DNA of 58,601 nt from Trichormus sp. ATA11-4-KO1 (GCA_019358915.1 JAHHIM010000028.1:1-58601), one strand, 5' to 3'; shown: positions 10,116-19,879, counted from the stretch's first letter. Translations and numbers: made by a program. Notes: generated by a model not told the origin, from the sequence alone.

Positions 10116-10565
10116 TTACCTCCTAGCGTATTGTTTAACTTCCTGATGTCCGGCAAATGTTAGCCGTAGGGTTTGCACTTGACCTTTGGTTTCTTCGTTA
10201 ATAGTGCATTCGCCAAATTTTTCGCGTAAATCCTCGGCTTTGGCTAGTACCATGCGCTTGCCATACGTCTGCATTAACTTGTGGCTGAAGAAGTTTTCAC
10301 CCAGCCGGGGAGAAGTTTCGTATTCGTCGTGAATTACGTCATACACTCCAGAATTTGAGTTCCAGCGAAAACCGATATCTGCACGGGCTTTGATTGTGCG
10401 ACCACTGATTATGATTTCCGCACTCTGCCCTTGCGAACCACCGTAGTAGCCTGTGAGTAGCTGCGGTGTTTCATAGACCTGGGGTTTGAGTTCTAAGTCT
10501 TCTAAGGCTTGTACCAAACACTCACGATTGGTTAATTTCGTCTTGACTTGTGTAAAATGTGACAT
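10116..10565 (-). CDS. DUF1257 (Ycf35-like) protein
   Basis: MSHFTQVKTKL...L..AL.DL, DIGFRWN. Confidence 0.85.
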   Translation of the reverse strand: MSHFTQVKTKLTNRECLVQALEDLELKPQVYETPQLLTGYYGGSQGQSAEIIISGRTIKARADIGFRWNSNSGVYDVIHDEYETSPRLGENFFSHKLMQTYGKRMVLAKAEDLREKFGECTINEETKGQVQTLRLTFAGHQEVKQYARR

Positions 10566-10639
10566 TTATTATCTCCTAGCTGTTTGAGTTGGTATTGAAA
10601 CGCGAACAGTAGTTACCGAATCTTTCGTTACGGTTCCCA

Positions 10640-11608
10640 CTACCTCACCACCAATTTCGCCTGGAGTTGTGACCGCCCCTGTTCCCCTAAATTCTTTTGG
10701 GTAATCGCCGGCTCGTTCACAATGGAATCCAGATGCTCCATCATTTCTTGCAGACTACCGCCAGCTTCAGGACTAGCATTCGCCAGCAGCACCCGCACTT
10801 TCTGAAGATGTTTTTCCATCTTGCGCTTGAACTGCACGGGTTTACGTCCCGGTTCCCAGTCAGCCAATTCCTCCAACAACTGCGCGGCTAGTTGTTCACC
10901 ACCGGCGATCGCAGATTCTCGCAAGCGTTGTTCTAGGTTCTGGTCGTATTGGTTGATGAACTGTGTGATCTGAGCAAGACACTCAGCTTGTTGCTGGTTC
11001 AGCTGCTCAGACAATGCCGGGATAATCACCGGACGACCGATGACTACTTGAAGGTAATCTTCTAAGTCTGACAACAGAGGAAAAGCTTTGAGCAAGCTGG
11101 TTTTAACTTCTTCTTGTTTGTCTTGAGGCAGTTCCCAAACATTCAAAGATATGAAGTGATCAATACGTGCCGTGTAATCTGCTAAACCTTGCTCATAACT
11201 ACCTTTCAACCCAGCACGTAAAGTTGGCGCAATTACATCCCGAATGTTGAGCAACTGACTCCAAACCAAGGGAGCTAAATCAATCGGGCAAATCCAATCG
11301 CCACCATCGGCGGACATCCACTCTTGCACAGAGGCTATTTCTTGCCTCAATTGACTGGCAGCTTCATCTAACGCTTTAAATACTTTGATGCCTTTCAACC
11401 CAACTTCGGAAGATTTTACTTTGAGTAAATCTGATTCTTCCTCATTATCAGCTTGCAAAACATCAGTCCACTTCGGAGCGTTACTCTTAGTGGTTTTCTT
11501 CAGTTGGATTTTGAACCGAATCCGAGTTTTATTGAGTTTAGAAAAGTTATAATGCTCAACTACAGCATTCTGTAAAAATGCTTCAGAATTGGCAATTGCT
11601 TGTACCAT
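10640..11608 (-). CDS. Hypothetical helical protein of the AAA/DUF1257 module
   Basis: Long ORF with GAGGTG RBS directly upstream of DUF1257. Confidence 0.75.
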   Translation of the reverse strand: MVQAIANSEAFLQNAVVEHYNFSKLNKTRIRFKIQLKKTTKSNAPKWTDVLQADNEEESDLLKVKSSEVGLKGIKVFKALDEAASQLRQEIASVQEWMSADGGDWICPIDLAPLVWSQLLNIRDVIAPTLRAGLKGSYEQGLADYTARIDHFISLNVWELPQDKQEEVKTSLLKAFPLLSDLEDYLQVVIGRPVIIPALSEQLNQQQAECLAQITQFINQYDQNLEQRLRESAIAGGEQLAAQLLEELADWEPGRKPVQFKRKMEKHLQKVRVLLANASPEAGGSLQEMMEHLDSIVNEPAITQKNLGEQGRSQLQAKLVVR

Positions 11609-11683
11609 TGTCTATTCACCTCAAATTTTCACAAAAAATTAGCGTAGCTTCTTAGATTTCCGAGAAACTACGCTTTTTGATAT

Positions 11684-11872
11684 CTAAACAACAACCCAAT
11701 AAATCCCTACTTTGCGAACCATCTGCGATTGATTATTGATGGTTGCAGTTCCCAATAAATGACTATTTTTGAGGTGTTGAACATTTTTGATAGTTCTGTA
11801 GACTATCTTGTGGGAACTGCCTCTTTGCAGCTTGATTGGGTGTTTAATGATTGGGGGTTTGCGCTTACTCAT
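11684..11872 (-). CDS. Small basic hypothetical protein
   Basis: Overlaps the upstream ORF by 8 nt; operon context. Confidence 0.55.
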   Translation of the reverse strand: MSKRKPPIIKHPIKLQRGSSHKIVYRTIKNVQHLKNSHLLGTATINNQSQMVRKVGIYWVVV

Positions 11873-12161
11873 AAATTGTCAGCGACGGAGCCTTGCGTTT
11901 GAGATTTCCCTTCCCATCATCACCATTGGTTAAAATGGTTGGTTGTTTAACGCAATCAGACTTTTTACAAGTCCAATTCCAATGATTAATTTGTAATTTG
12001 TGACGATGCTCAACCAGCACAATTTGGTTTTTGTACTGGGGATTTTTATCACTGAGCAAATATGCATCACCCAAAGCATAAAAACCTGTAGAAATGTAGT
12101 ATCTTTTATCGATACCCATCAGCGTATCCCAAGCTTCTTGCAGTTCTTTTGGTTTGTTCAT
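11865..12161 (-). CDS. Hypothetical protein
   Basis: ATG ORF in the leftward operon. Confidence 0.6.
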   Translation of the reverse strand: MNKPKELQEAWDTLMGIDKRYYISTGFYALGDAYLLSDKNPQYKNQIVLVEHRHKLQINHWNWTCKKSDCVKQPTILTNGDDGKGNLKRKAPSLTIYE

Positions 12162-12353
12162 TTTGTTGTTCCAGCTAAATTTGGCACTACCTCCCGAAAA
12201 TTGGAGATAGCACGTAAGGATTCAGGAGTCAGAATACAGGAGTCAGAATATTTCAAATTCTCATATTTGATGAGTACGCTAATATTTCTAAACCCTGATA
12301 ATTCTGGCTTCTGACTCCTGGGTACTGAATTCTTACGATAATGCCTAGTTTTT

Positions 12354-12500
12354 TCAGCGATATTTGGAATTAACAAACAGTCGTTCTACTGCATCCCAAT
12401 TGCAGTATGCAGTTTTGAACAAAGGAGTACCAATTAGGAATTTTGCTCCGATTGAACTCAGCAAAACTCCCAATACCAAGCCGATAGCAATATTTTTCAT
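12354..12500 (-). CDS. Small membrane or secreted protein (48 aa, MKNIAIGLVLGVLLSSIGAKF...)
   Basis: ORF read by hand; basic then hydrophobic N-terminus. Confidence 0.5.
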   Translation of the reverse strand: MKNIAIGLVLGVLLSSIGAKFLIGTPLFKTAYCNWDAVERLFVNSKYR

Positions 12501-12560
12501 GGCTCAACAGCAGACACATCACTGCTCTTTCGCGTAGCGATTCCTTCTGATATCTGTTGT

Positions 12561-12953
12561 TTAAGCCGCAGACCGTCTGGAAATACTTTTGGTTTGAACT
12601 GGTTTAGAGGTTGTTTGTTGTACATCACCAAACGGAGTTCTAATATCCAATTTTTCTCCCAACTGTGCCTGAAGTATTGCGACCTCATTAAGATATGCAT
12701 CAATCTCATCTAAAATTTCTTCTTCTGATTCTTTAGGAGAAAGCTGTTGAATTTGGTTTTCAGTTAAGTAAATGATATCTTTGCTATTCTTATCAGGTAG
12801 CAAACCGTATTGCCAACCCGAACCACCTTCTTTGCCTATCAAACTATCACTAGGGATATACTCAACTCCGACGACAATACCTTGCTTTGTGCGTTGTCCA
12901 AAGGTAAATCTTGGGTATCCCCAACCTCTGGGAATTGTGATGGTAACTTGCAT
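12561..12953 (-). CDS. Hypothetical protein, paralog of 25818-26183
   Basis: MQVTITIPRGWGYPRFTFGQRTKQG versus MQPTISIPPNWKYPRFTVGQRTEQG. Confidence 0.8.
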   Translation of the reverse strand: MQVTITIPRGWGYPRFTFGQRTKQGIVVGVEYIPSDSLIGKEGGSGWQYGLLPDKNSKDIIYLTENQIQQLSPKESEEEILDEIDAYLNEVAILQAQLGEKLDIRTPFGDVQQTTSKPVQTKSISRRSAA

Positions 12954-12975
12954 GGTAGACTTCCTTTTTGTGCAA

Positions 12976-13179
12976 TTATTGCTTCTTTTGGTTGTGATTA
13001 ATTGAAGTTTGTAGGTTGGCTTTACGCAGTTTCAAAAGTTTGTCTTTCAATTCACTAACCAACTCATAAACTTCGTCAACCACCTCGTCATATTCATGGG
13101 ATTCGCTATACTCTCCCAACTTGTTTAACGCACGAGAGATGAAGTTAATTGTTTGGTCAACTATTTCTTTCCTTTCCAC
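12976..13179 (-). CDS. Hypothetical protein
   Basis: GTG start with AGGTGG RBS; operon context. Confidence 0.55.
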   Translation of the reverse strand: MERKEIVDQTINFISRALNKLGEYSESHEYDEVVDEVYELVSELKDKLLKLRKANLQTSINHNQKKQ

Positions 13180-13251
13180 GTTACGTCCACCTAATTAATT
13201 GAATAAAACAGCGCTCTTGCCGAAACAAAAGCGCTTACCAGTGACCAACAA

Positions 13252-13722
13252 TTAAGCTGCTAATGCTACCTTTACTCCCAACAGAGCGATCGCAGTTTCC
13301 GCACTGCCAGCAATCCTATTCTGTCCGTATTGTCTGGGTCTGATATACCAGCCTTCGTCGGTGCATCCAACGAAGCCGACCAACTGCTTGTCCCGATACA
13401 GTTTTGCACTAAACGACAGCCAATCAATTTCACCGTGCCATAGACCAAACTGGGTGCAAGCCTGTTCTAACTCTGCGCTGAGGCGTTCGTTGCGTTCTCG
13501 TGGCGTTTCGGGAAGGTTGGCTTTAACTTCTGCCACCCTTGTAGCGAACCAGTCACGGTCAAACGGCAGTCGTCCACCATCAACGAATTGCACCCATACT
13601 GTGATTTCGGCTTCAATCCAGATGGTACGGATTTCTTCTGGTGTGCGTTCGATGATAGTTGCAATGATGCGGCGGTCGCGTCCAGTCAGGGGGTCTTGGG
13701 TTATTGTCGTTGTTTGTGGCAT
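13252..13722 (-). CDS. Hypothetical protein, first gene of the leftward operon
   Basis: Start placed at MPQTT; shares GFVGCTD..W with 24478-25284. Confidence 0.75.
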   Translation of the reverse strand: MPQTTTITQDPLTGRDRRIIATIIERTPEEIRTIWIEAEITVWVQFVDGGRLPFDRDWFATRVAEVKANLPETPRERNERLSAELEQACTQFGLWHGEIDWLSFSAKLYRDKQLVGFVGCTDEGWYIRPRQYGQNRIAGSAETAIALLGVKVALAA

Positions 13723-13729
13723 AATTATG

Positions 13730-14126
13730 AAACCTTTGATTAGGTGAGAAGGGCGATCGCATACTTTCCACGGCAAGCGATCGCCTTTTGATTGGCACGA
13801 AATGACGTTGTGCAGGCACAACGCACTCACAAAAATTCAAGCGTAGCTTTTCTTAATTGCTCCTGTGCCAGTGACTAGGAGCTTCCCGCAGCAGCATATC
13901 TTAGCAATCAGGCGACAGCCAGTGCTGATTGGCGTTAAAAGCGACTGTCGTACCGATGCGGGAATTTTTTATTTGGAACCACTCGACCCCTTACCTTGCG
14001 TCAGCAGCTTTGACTATCCACTACTTCTGCTCCCTGGGGGGTTTTGCTTCTGTTCACTTTTGTCAAGGTTCAGATTACTGAAGCACCTCTATATTTATCT
14101 GGGAGGCTGGCGCTCGTTTCCTCCCA
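13730..14126 (-). ncRNA. Candidate structured 5' leader RNA
   Basis: At least six stems between a consensus promoter and the first gene (details in findings). Confidence 0.4.
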
Positions 14127-14130
14127 TACT

Positions 14131-14185
14131 TAATAATATAACCTCTAAAGTTATACTTGTCAAGAACGACTTTAGAGGTTAAGAT
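14131..14185. promoter_or_regulatory. Back-to-back sigma70-type promoters with a 13-bp inverted-repeat operator
   Basis: Minus strand TTGACA-N17-TATATT; plus strand TTGTCA-N17-TAAGAT; IR taacctctaaagt (14139-14151) / actttagaggtta (14169-14181). Confidence 0.75.
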
Positions 14186-14235
14186 GGAAGTGTGAAAAAT
14201 ATATCCCAGCGAAAGATACTTAAGGAGTACGACAT

Positions 14236-14469
14236 GTGGGATTAACATTAATGCGTGTGACGTTTAGCAAGGAGTTTCCTGGATTAGGAGAAAAAATTAG
14301 ATCCCTTAGAAAAGCTTCACCCAAAACTATGACTGAATTAGCAGCAGAAGCCGGAATTAGTGCTAATCATTGGAGCCGAATTGAACGCGAAAAAGTTCAG
14401 GATCTACCAATAGAAACACTACGAGGTATAGAGAAAGCGCTAGGAGTAGGATTGGGGATTCAACTATAA
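14236..14469 (+). CDS. XRE/Cro-C1 HTH transcriptional regulator
   Basis: LGEKIRSLR...ELAAEAGISANHWSRIE...TLRGIEKALG. Confidence 0.88.
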   Translation: MGLTLMRVTFSKEFPGLGEKIRSLRKASPKTMTELAAEAGISANHWSRIEREKVQDLPIETLRGIEKALGVGLGIQL

Positions 14470-14560
14470 GTGTATTTCCTGAAACGGTAAACAACTAAAA
14501 GCGATCACCCCCCGCCAAGAGTGCGATCGCCTGAACTAATCCCTTTGCTAAGGAATAGCC

Positions 14561-15370
14561 ATGTCTAATTTAGTCAATTTCCACGAATCAAACAACAGTA
14601 GCCCTTTTGATGGCATTCGTCATGTTGCTGACCAAGGAGAAGAATACTGGCTAGCAAGAGAGTTAATGCAACTACTCGGCTACAAGAAGTGGGAACGCTT
14701 TATAGATACTATCGACCGAGCCAAACTTGGTTGCCAAAATACCGGGGTATCAGTACAAAACCATTTTACCGATGCTGGGCTTTATACCAGGAATGTACCC
14801 AGTGATTATCGTCTTTCCCGCTATGCCTGTTATTTGGTGGCCATGAATGGAGATCCACGAAAGCCAGAAATAGCAGCAGCACAAAGTTATTTTGCTGTCA
14901 AAACCCACGAAGCAGAAACCCGTCCTTCTTACCAGCCAAAATCAACCATTGCTCACGAAGCTGCCCAGTTAGCGCTGCTAGTAGGAGAATTTGCAGGACT
15001 ACAGAAATCCCTCACCGCCCAGTTAGCTGTTAACGCCGCTACGTCTGTCAACCCAGCCCTTAAGCCTGCTGCTGATGAACTCAAAACGGCGATCGCTTGC
15101 ACTGATACTTCCGATGATGCTTATCTCAACCCGACCCAAATTGGGGAAGCAATAGGGAAAAGTGCGATCGCAGTTAACAAATGGCTAATTAATGCTGGCT
15201 TGCAATACCGCACTGAAGATAAAAAAATCCCGTATCGTCCTACAGAATCAGGCAAGCGATGGGGGCGGATGGTTCCAGCCTTGGCAAAGGGGTGCAATCA
15301 AACAGTTTTCCAACTGCGGTGGTTGCCGGATATTACAGAATTATTTCAACAACAGGAGAAGTCAGCATGA
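14561..15370 (+). CDS. Phage antirepressor-like protein (DinD/Bro-N-like N-terminus)
   Basis: FDGIRH, YWLARELMQLLGY, YRLSRYACYLVAMNGDPRKPEIAAAQSYFA; C-terminal NPTQIG..SAIAVNKWL HTH. Confidence 0.8.
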   Translation: MSNLVNFHESNNSSPFDGIRHVADQGEEYWLARELMQLLGYKKWERFIDTIDRAKLGCQNTGVSVQNHFTDAGLYTRNVPSDYRLSRYACYLVAMNGDPRKPEIAAAQSYFAVKTHEAETRPSYQPKSTIAHEAAQLALLVGEFAGLQKSLTAQLAVNAATSVNPALKPAADELKTAIACTDTSDDAYLNPTQIGEAIGKSAIAVNKWLINAGLQYRTEDKKIPYRPTESGKRWGRMVPALAKGCNQTVFQLRWLPDITELFQQQEKSA

Positions 15371-15795
15371 CCGATAAAGATGTCATTCAACAGTTCTACA
15401 AACAAATTTCGTGGGCAGATCAATGCCGTGAAGTTCTTGAGAGCAATCGTACTTTACTCGCAACTCCTTGTGCTTTGTGTGTGCCAACTCATTGGCAAGA
15501 CTATGAGCAAAACAAAGCTTTTATCATTCCTCTAGCTCAAAAATATACCCTTTCAGCAAAATTACTTGTCTGGGGTGAACCAAGTGATTACCAAACAGAG
15601 AAAATTTGGTGGGATGCAATCCTCAGTAAAAAACCTAACCGAGTTTATGTCAGTTTCCTTGATGTGCAAGCATCTGTACTAAACACTGAACTCATGCTCA
15701 AAGTGTTTGAAGGTGCAGACATTCAAAAAACAGTTGAAAATTTTCTCGCTGGTAAATGGGAAGCAGTTTGGAGTTGGGATAAGGAGCAATCATGA
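15367..15795 (+). CDS. Hypothetical protein
   Basis: ATGA coupling at both ends; GGAG RBS. Confidence 0.7.
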   Translation: MTDKDVIQQFYKQISWADQCREVLESNRTLLATPCALCVPTHWQDYEQNKAFIIPLAQKYTLSAKLLVWGEPSDYQTEKIWWDAILSKKPNRVYVSFLDVQASVLNTELMLKVFEGADIQKTVENFLAGKWEAVWSWDKEQS

Positions 15796-16451
15796 CTAAA
15801 TTCCAAGACCCCAAAGCCGCCGCGATCGCTGACCAAATAGACTCTATCAACCAAGCTGCATATTCAGAAGCATACGACCCCATCTTCCAACACCATCTGA
15901 TTTGCGGCGGACTCTCCTCAGTAGAAGGCGTGTTGCGGTTCGATATGTTCCTCTCAAGAACTAAAGAAGCAGCTAAAAAGCGATCGCTTGTCTGGGAATC
16001 GCAAGTCAAACAGGGAATTAGTGGTATTGAATGGTACGCAGTCCATTATGGTGGCATTACTGCGGAACTTCCCCGACTCCACGAAAATCTGACGATTACT
16101 CCTGGCGATCAAGATATTCTCAAGCAGTCCAAATCTGTAGCCCTAGATTTCCTGGCGCACTGGAACCCAGTATTTAAATTATGGCGCTTCAACAAATCAA
16201 AAGGCCCTTGGCACAGAACCAACTGGGTTGACTTTTACATCCAATACTTGCAGCGTGATTGGATTGAAATTTGGGTGGATGATTCTGTCTCCACAATTCT
16301 TCTTGAAGAAGGAAGTTACCTTGAAGAACCCACCTTTGCGATTAATGCTTTTTGCTGTTGGGGTGACCCTTCAGAAATTCATGCCACTGCTGCTTACCCT
16401 GAATCTGGATCAATCTGGTTTCAGTGGAATAATTTCACACCTTGGAGATAA
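15792..16451 (+). CDS. Hypothetical protein
   Basis: AAGGAG RBS; coupled to the previous gene. Confidence 0.75.
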   Translation: MTKFQDPKAAAIADQIDSINQAAYSEAYDPIFQHHLICGGLSSVEGVLRFDMFLSRTKEAAKKRSLVWESQVKQGISGIEWYAVHYGGITAELPRLHENLTITPGDQDILKQSKSVALDFLAHWNPVFKLWRFNKSKGPWHRTNWVDFYIQYLQRDWIEIWVDDSVSTILLEEGSYLEEPTFAINAFCCWGDPSEIHATAAYPESGSIWFQWNNFTPWR

Positions 16452-16534
16452 CAGCGATTGCCGCTTAATTAAGTAACAACCGCCACACAAAAACACTCCT
16501 TGTATCTAAGTTAACAGGTTTTGTAAAAGCATTT

Positions 16535-16840
16535 ATGAAAATCAAATTATTTTCAAGCAATGAACTTATGGAAAAAATAACATGGCAGAAAGGACAGTCT
16601 TTTACTGAAAAACGTCAATACTATTTTTGCAAGTACGCAAGATTCACTCTAACCTTGTTGACTGTTTGCGACCTGAATTTAACTCGCGTAGAAATCTATT
16701 TAGAAAATTTGAGACTTTATGTTTTTGAAGAGGAACTAGGCAAAGAAGAAGCAACCAGTAAACTACAAAATTTCTTAAGCACCCTTGCAGAACAACTCCA
16801 AACCTTAAGCCAAATAGAATTTTTAGGAGAAAAGCTATGA
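16535..16840 (+). CDS. Hypothetical protein
   Basis: Operon context. Confidence 0.6.
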   Translation: MKIKLFSSNELMEKITWQKGQSFTEKRQYYFCKYARFTLTLLTVCDLNLTRVEIYLENLRLYVFEEELGKEEATSKLQNFLSTLAEQLQTLSQIEFLGEKL

Positions 16841-17043
16841 AAGTCATAGTCACAGTAGTCGAAAAGCTCACCTCTGAAGCCCACATTGATATACCCGATG
16901 GATTGTCAGAGCCTAAAATCAGACAGCACATTGTTGACCAATATAACAGTGGAGAAATGCATTTTGATATGAATATTTTTCAAGTTGATTTTGAATCAAT
17001 CAGCGCCAAGATTATTAAGAATCAGAGTGAGGATAGAGTATGA
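16837..17043 (+). CDS. Hypothetical protein
   Basis: ATGA overlaps; AGGAG RBS. Confidence 0.65.
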   Translation: MKVIVTVVEKLTSEAHIDIPDGLSEPKIRQHIVDQYNSGEMHFDMNIFQVDFESISAKIIKNQSEDRV

Positions 17044-17537
17044 CAGTTTCAACAAAAGTAGCAATTAACTCATTCCCAGAATTAAATGTGCTTGTAGCTC
17101 AAAGTTTGGGATGGGAGAAAACGGAATTTGAAGAAGAGTGTAGCCAATTCACTCCCGGCGCACAATGGCAGTATGGCGGTGATTATCATGCTGTTAAAGT
17201 CGAGTTTTTTGTACCTCCAGATAGTGCAATAGATGATGAGTTTGATGGAGAAAGTTGGTTTGATAATTATGGCTATGTACCTGATTTCTCTACTAACTGG
17301 TCACACACACAGCTACTGTTAAAAGAATGTGATCGCCGCAACGTTGTAGTTAATTGGGGACGCAACAAAGACTGTATTGGCTGCGCTTTTTACGATGGTA
17401 AAAACCCAGCAGTTACTATAGTTCTCAAACGTGATATTTCTTGCTCTATGGCATTAACAACAGTTTTGGCTTGGTTAGAATTTCAGGGCTACGACATTGA
17501 ATTAGATTTAGAAGATTTGGAGCAGGAAGATGAATAA
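17040..17537 (+). CDS. Phage-type protein (ABA-sandwich/BC1872-like)
   Basis: ELN.LVAQSLGW ... VPDFSTNWS pattern. Confidence 0.5.
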   Translation: MTVSTKVAINSFPELNVLVAQSLGWEKTEFEEECSQFTPGAQWQYGGDYHAVKVEFFVPPDSAIDDEFDGESWFDNYGYVPDFSTNWSHTQLLLKECDRRNVVVNWGRNKDCIGCAFYDGKNPAVTIVLKRDISCSMALTTVLAWLEFQGYDIELDLEDLEQEDE

Positions 17538-18186
17538 CACACTATTGTTCGACAAACAACAGCTAGAACTTCAAAACTGGACAAATGACGATTGGGAGAC
17601 ACCTGACAACATTGCACAAGCGATGGCACAGTTAGTACTGCCAAGCGACGAATACATTCTTGAGCCATGTGCTGGTACTGGCCAAATCGCTAAGAATATT
17701 CCACACTCCGAATCTTTTAGCATCCTTTGTCTGGATATCAATAAATCTAGGGTAGAGAAAGGACGATGCAATGCTCCTGATTGTACGTGGTTGACGAGTG
17801 ATTTCTTGGTTGATGAAGTAGAACCACACACTGAATTTGACCTAGTGATCACAAATCCGCCGTTCAGCAAGTGCATGGAATTTATCGAGCGATCGCTTTC
17901 TTTGTTAAATCACAACAATAAAGATGCGCGGTTGTTGTTTCTAATGCCGTCTGATATTTTCCAAGCCAAAAGTCGAGCTAGAGCATTTAATCAGCTAAAC
18001 GCGCACATTCATCATGTTTACCCAATAGTGGGGCGGGTGAATTATCTAATCAATGGTGTGCCAGCATCACAGACCTATGTAGAGAAAGGAGGGAAGCTGG
18101 TTAGACGTTCTGGTAGACAAACTTGCGATGCTATCTGGGATATCAGACCAGGTAAGTCAGGCGGTTGTACGACTTTCATTAATTAG
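17530..18186 (+). CDS. Orphan amino-type DNA methyltransferase (NPPF)
   Basis: DDWETP, ILEPCAGTG, DLVITNPPFS. Confidence 0.82.
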   Translation: MNNTLLFDKQQLELQNWTNDDWETPDNIAQAMAQLVLPSDEYILEPCAGTGQIAKNIPHSESFSILCLDINKSRVEKGRCNAPDCTWLTSDFLVDEVEPHTEFDLVITNPPFSKCMEFIERSLSLLNHNNKDARLLFLMPSDIFQAKSRARAFNQLNAHIHHVYPIVGRVNYLINGVPASQTYVEKGGKLVRRSGRQTCDAIWDIRPGKSGGCTTFIN

Positions 18187-18241
18187 CCAAATAGCCGCCT
18201 AGGGCGGGTGAAATCAGAGTTTTCTATTTAGGTAGGTAATT

Positions 18242-19177
18242 ATGTCAACAAATATTTCTTGGACAGACGAAACTATAAATCCAATTGTGGGTTGTTCTCG
18301 CGTTTCGCCTGGGTGTGCGCGATGCTATGCAGCTACCGCAGCAAAATCACCACGACTTCAACAATTCTCCCAGTACCAAACTGTTAGCAAATGGGATGGG
18401 ACAGTACAATTTGTCGAATCACAATTACTAAAACCACTGCACTGGAGAAAGCCTAAGAAGATATTCGTTTGCAGCATGGCTGATTTATTTCATGCCAATG
18501 TCCCTTTTGAGTGGATTGACCAAGTAATGGCTGTTGTTGCTCTGTGTCCTCAACATACTTTTCAAGTTCTTACCAAACGACCAGAGAGGGCATTGGAGTA
18601 TTTTAATCAACCCAAACTATGGGTTAAATGGTATGAAGCTGCCAAAGAACATCTTTGGAGCGAAATTGGTGAAAAGTTTGGCGGTTTAATTAATCTCCAA
18701 CAATATTTTATTGACCAACCATTTCCTTTACCGAATCTGTGGTTAGGAACATCAACAGAAAATCAAGCGATGGCTGATAAACGCATACCTGTACTGTTGC
18801 AGATTCCAGCAGTAGTTCGGTTTTTATCCTGTGAGCCACTGCTCGATGAAATTGATTTATCTTCACTTTTTGGACTGTATCAATTTAGTGAAGATGAATT
18901 TGCTCTCAAAGTAGGATCAAGGTGGGAAAAGTCACCAGATTGGGTGATCATTGGGGGTGAGTCTGGTACTGGCGCTCGTTCCTGCGAAATTGAGTGGATT
19001 CAGACAATTGTTAACCAATGTCAAGCAGCTGATGTTCCAGTTTTCGTCAAACAGTTAGGAAGTGGTGCTTTAGCACAGAATCAACAATTTAAAACCCGCC
19101 ATCGCAAGGGTGGAGATATTGAAGAGTTTCCTGAACAATTGCGGGTTAGAGAATTTCCTGTGCTAGCAAACGATTAA
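18242..19177 (+). CDS. DUF5131 (phage Gp37/Gp68) protein
   Basis: ISWTDETINPIVGCSRVSPGCARCYA, FVCSMADLFH, FQVLTKRPER, FLSCEPLL, WVIIGGESG. Confidence 0.9.
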   Translation: MSTNISWTDETINPIVGCSRVSPGCARCYAATAAKSPRLQQFSQYQTVSKWDGTVQFVESQLLKPLHWRKPKKIFVCSMADLFHANVPFEWIDQVMAVVALCPQHTFQVLTKRPERALEYFNQPKLWVKWYEAAKEHLWSEIGEKFGGLINLQQYFIDQPFPLPNLWLGTSTENQAMADKRIPVLLQIPAVVRFLSCEPLLDEIDLSSLFGLYQFSEDEFALKVGSRWEKSPDWVIIGGESGTGARSCEIEWIQTIVNQCQAADVPVFVKQLGSGALAQNQQFKTRHRKGGDIEEFPEQLRVREFPVLAND

Positions 19178-19225
19178 AACTGAAACTAACCAAACTGAAC
19201 CTTGAAAATTGCATATTAAAAAACG

Positions 19226-19879
19226 CTAATTTTCTGCCTGGATGTCAGTTGCTCTTTGATAAAGGGAGCGTAATTCATCAATAGTATTAGCTGTCTCTAT
19301 TGCTTCTAGAATTGATTCGAGTAAACTGACATCCTCAATTTGCTCAATTTCAGGTAATAGGTTTTGTCTCTGTGAACCAAATTTGAGCTTTAATCCCAAG
19401 GATATGCCTTTCAACAATCCTTCTTGCTTACCTTTCTGTATACCAAATCGCTCAACAGAAGTTACATACTGCATACTTTTAGATGCCTCGAAATCACGAT
19501 ATTCCTGCCAAAACTCTGCCTCTAATTGGGCTGGTAGAGTCATTACCCAGTCGATAAACCCGAATAAGTTAATGATATCTGACCTTTCAAACCCCTGCTC
19601 ATACAACCGACGTACCAAAGCCAGTTTTGATTGTTTTCTCCGCAACCTGTCACTACGGGTTTGTACTGCTGCTAAATGAGCTAACACAACCGTAGCAAAA
19701 GGGTTGCGACTGGCTTCTAGCTCAGACTGCCGTTGTTCGTAGTCTAACAGCTTGATTACAGGAAACTGGAAATCAACTTTGCAGCCAAACAACTCGTAGC
19801 CAAACTGCAACGGTCGCCAGTTGATGTTTTCATCTCCCAACACAGCCAGAGAAGCAACAGAGCGATCATAACGGTCAAA
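19226..19879 (-). CDS. 3' exon of an Rpn-like / PD-(D/E)xK putative transposase gene
   Basis: Resumes in phase 0 as FDRYDRSVASLAVLGD after the intron; the spliced product is 322 aa. Confidence 0.85.
   Translation of the reverse strand, partial: FDRYDRSVASLAVLGDENINWRPLQFGYELFGCKVDFQFPVIKLLDYEQRQSELEASRNPFATVVLAHLAAVQTRSDRLRRKQSKLALVRRLYEQGFERSDIINLFGFIDWVMTLPAQLEAEFWQEYRDFEASKSMQYVTSVERFGIQKGKQEGLLKGISLGLKLKFGSQRQNLLPEIEQIEDVSLLESILEAIETANTIDELRSLYQRATDIQAEN

Noticed and set aside
13865..14182. 105-aa plus-strand ORF, or a tRNA/tmRNA gene
   Set aside because: It overlaps the promoter/operator and the structured leader on the opposite strand; no cloverleaf, T-loop or tag reading frame was recognisable
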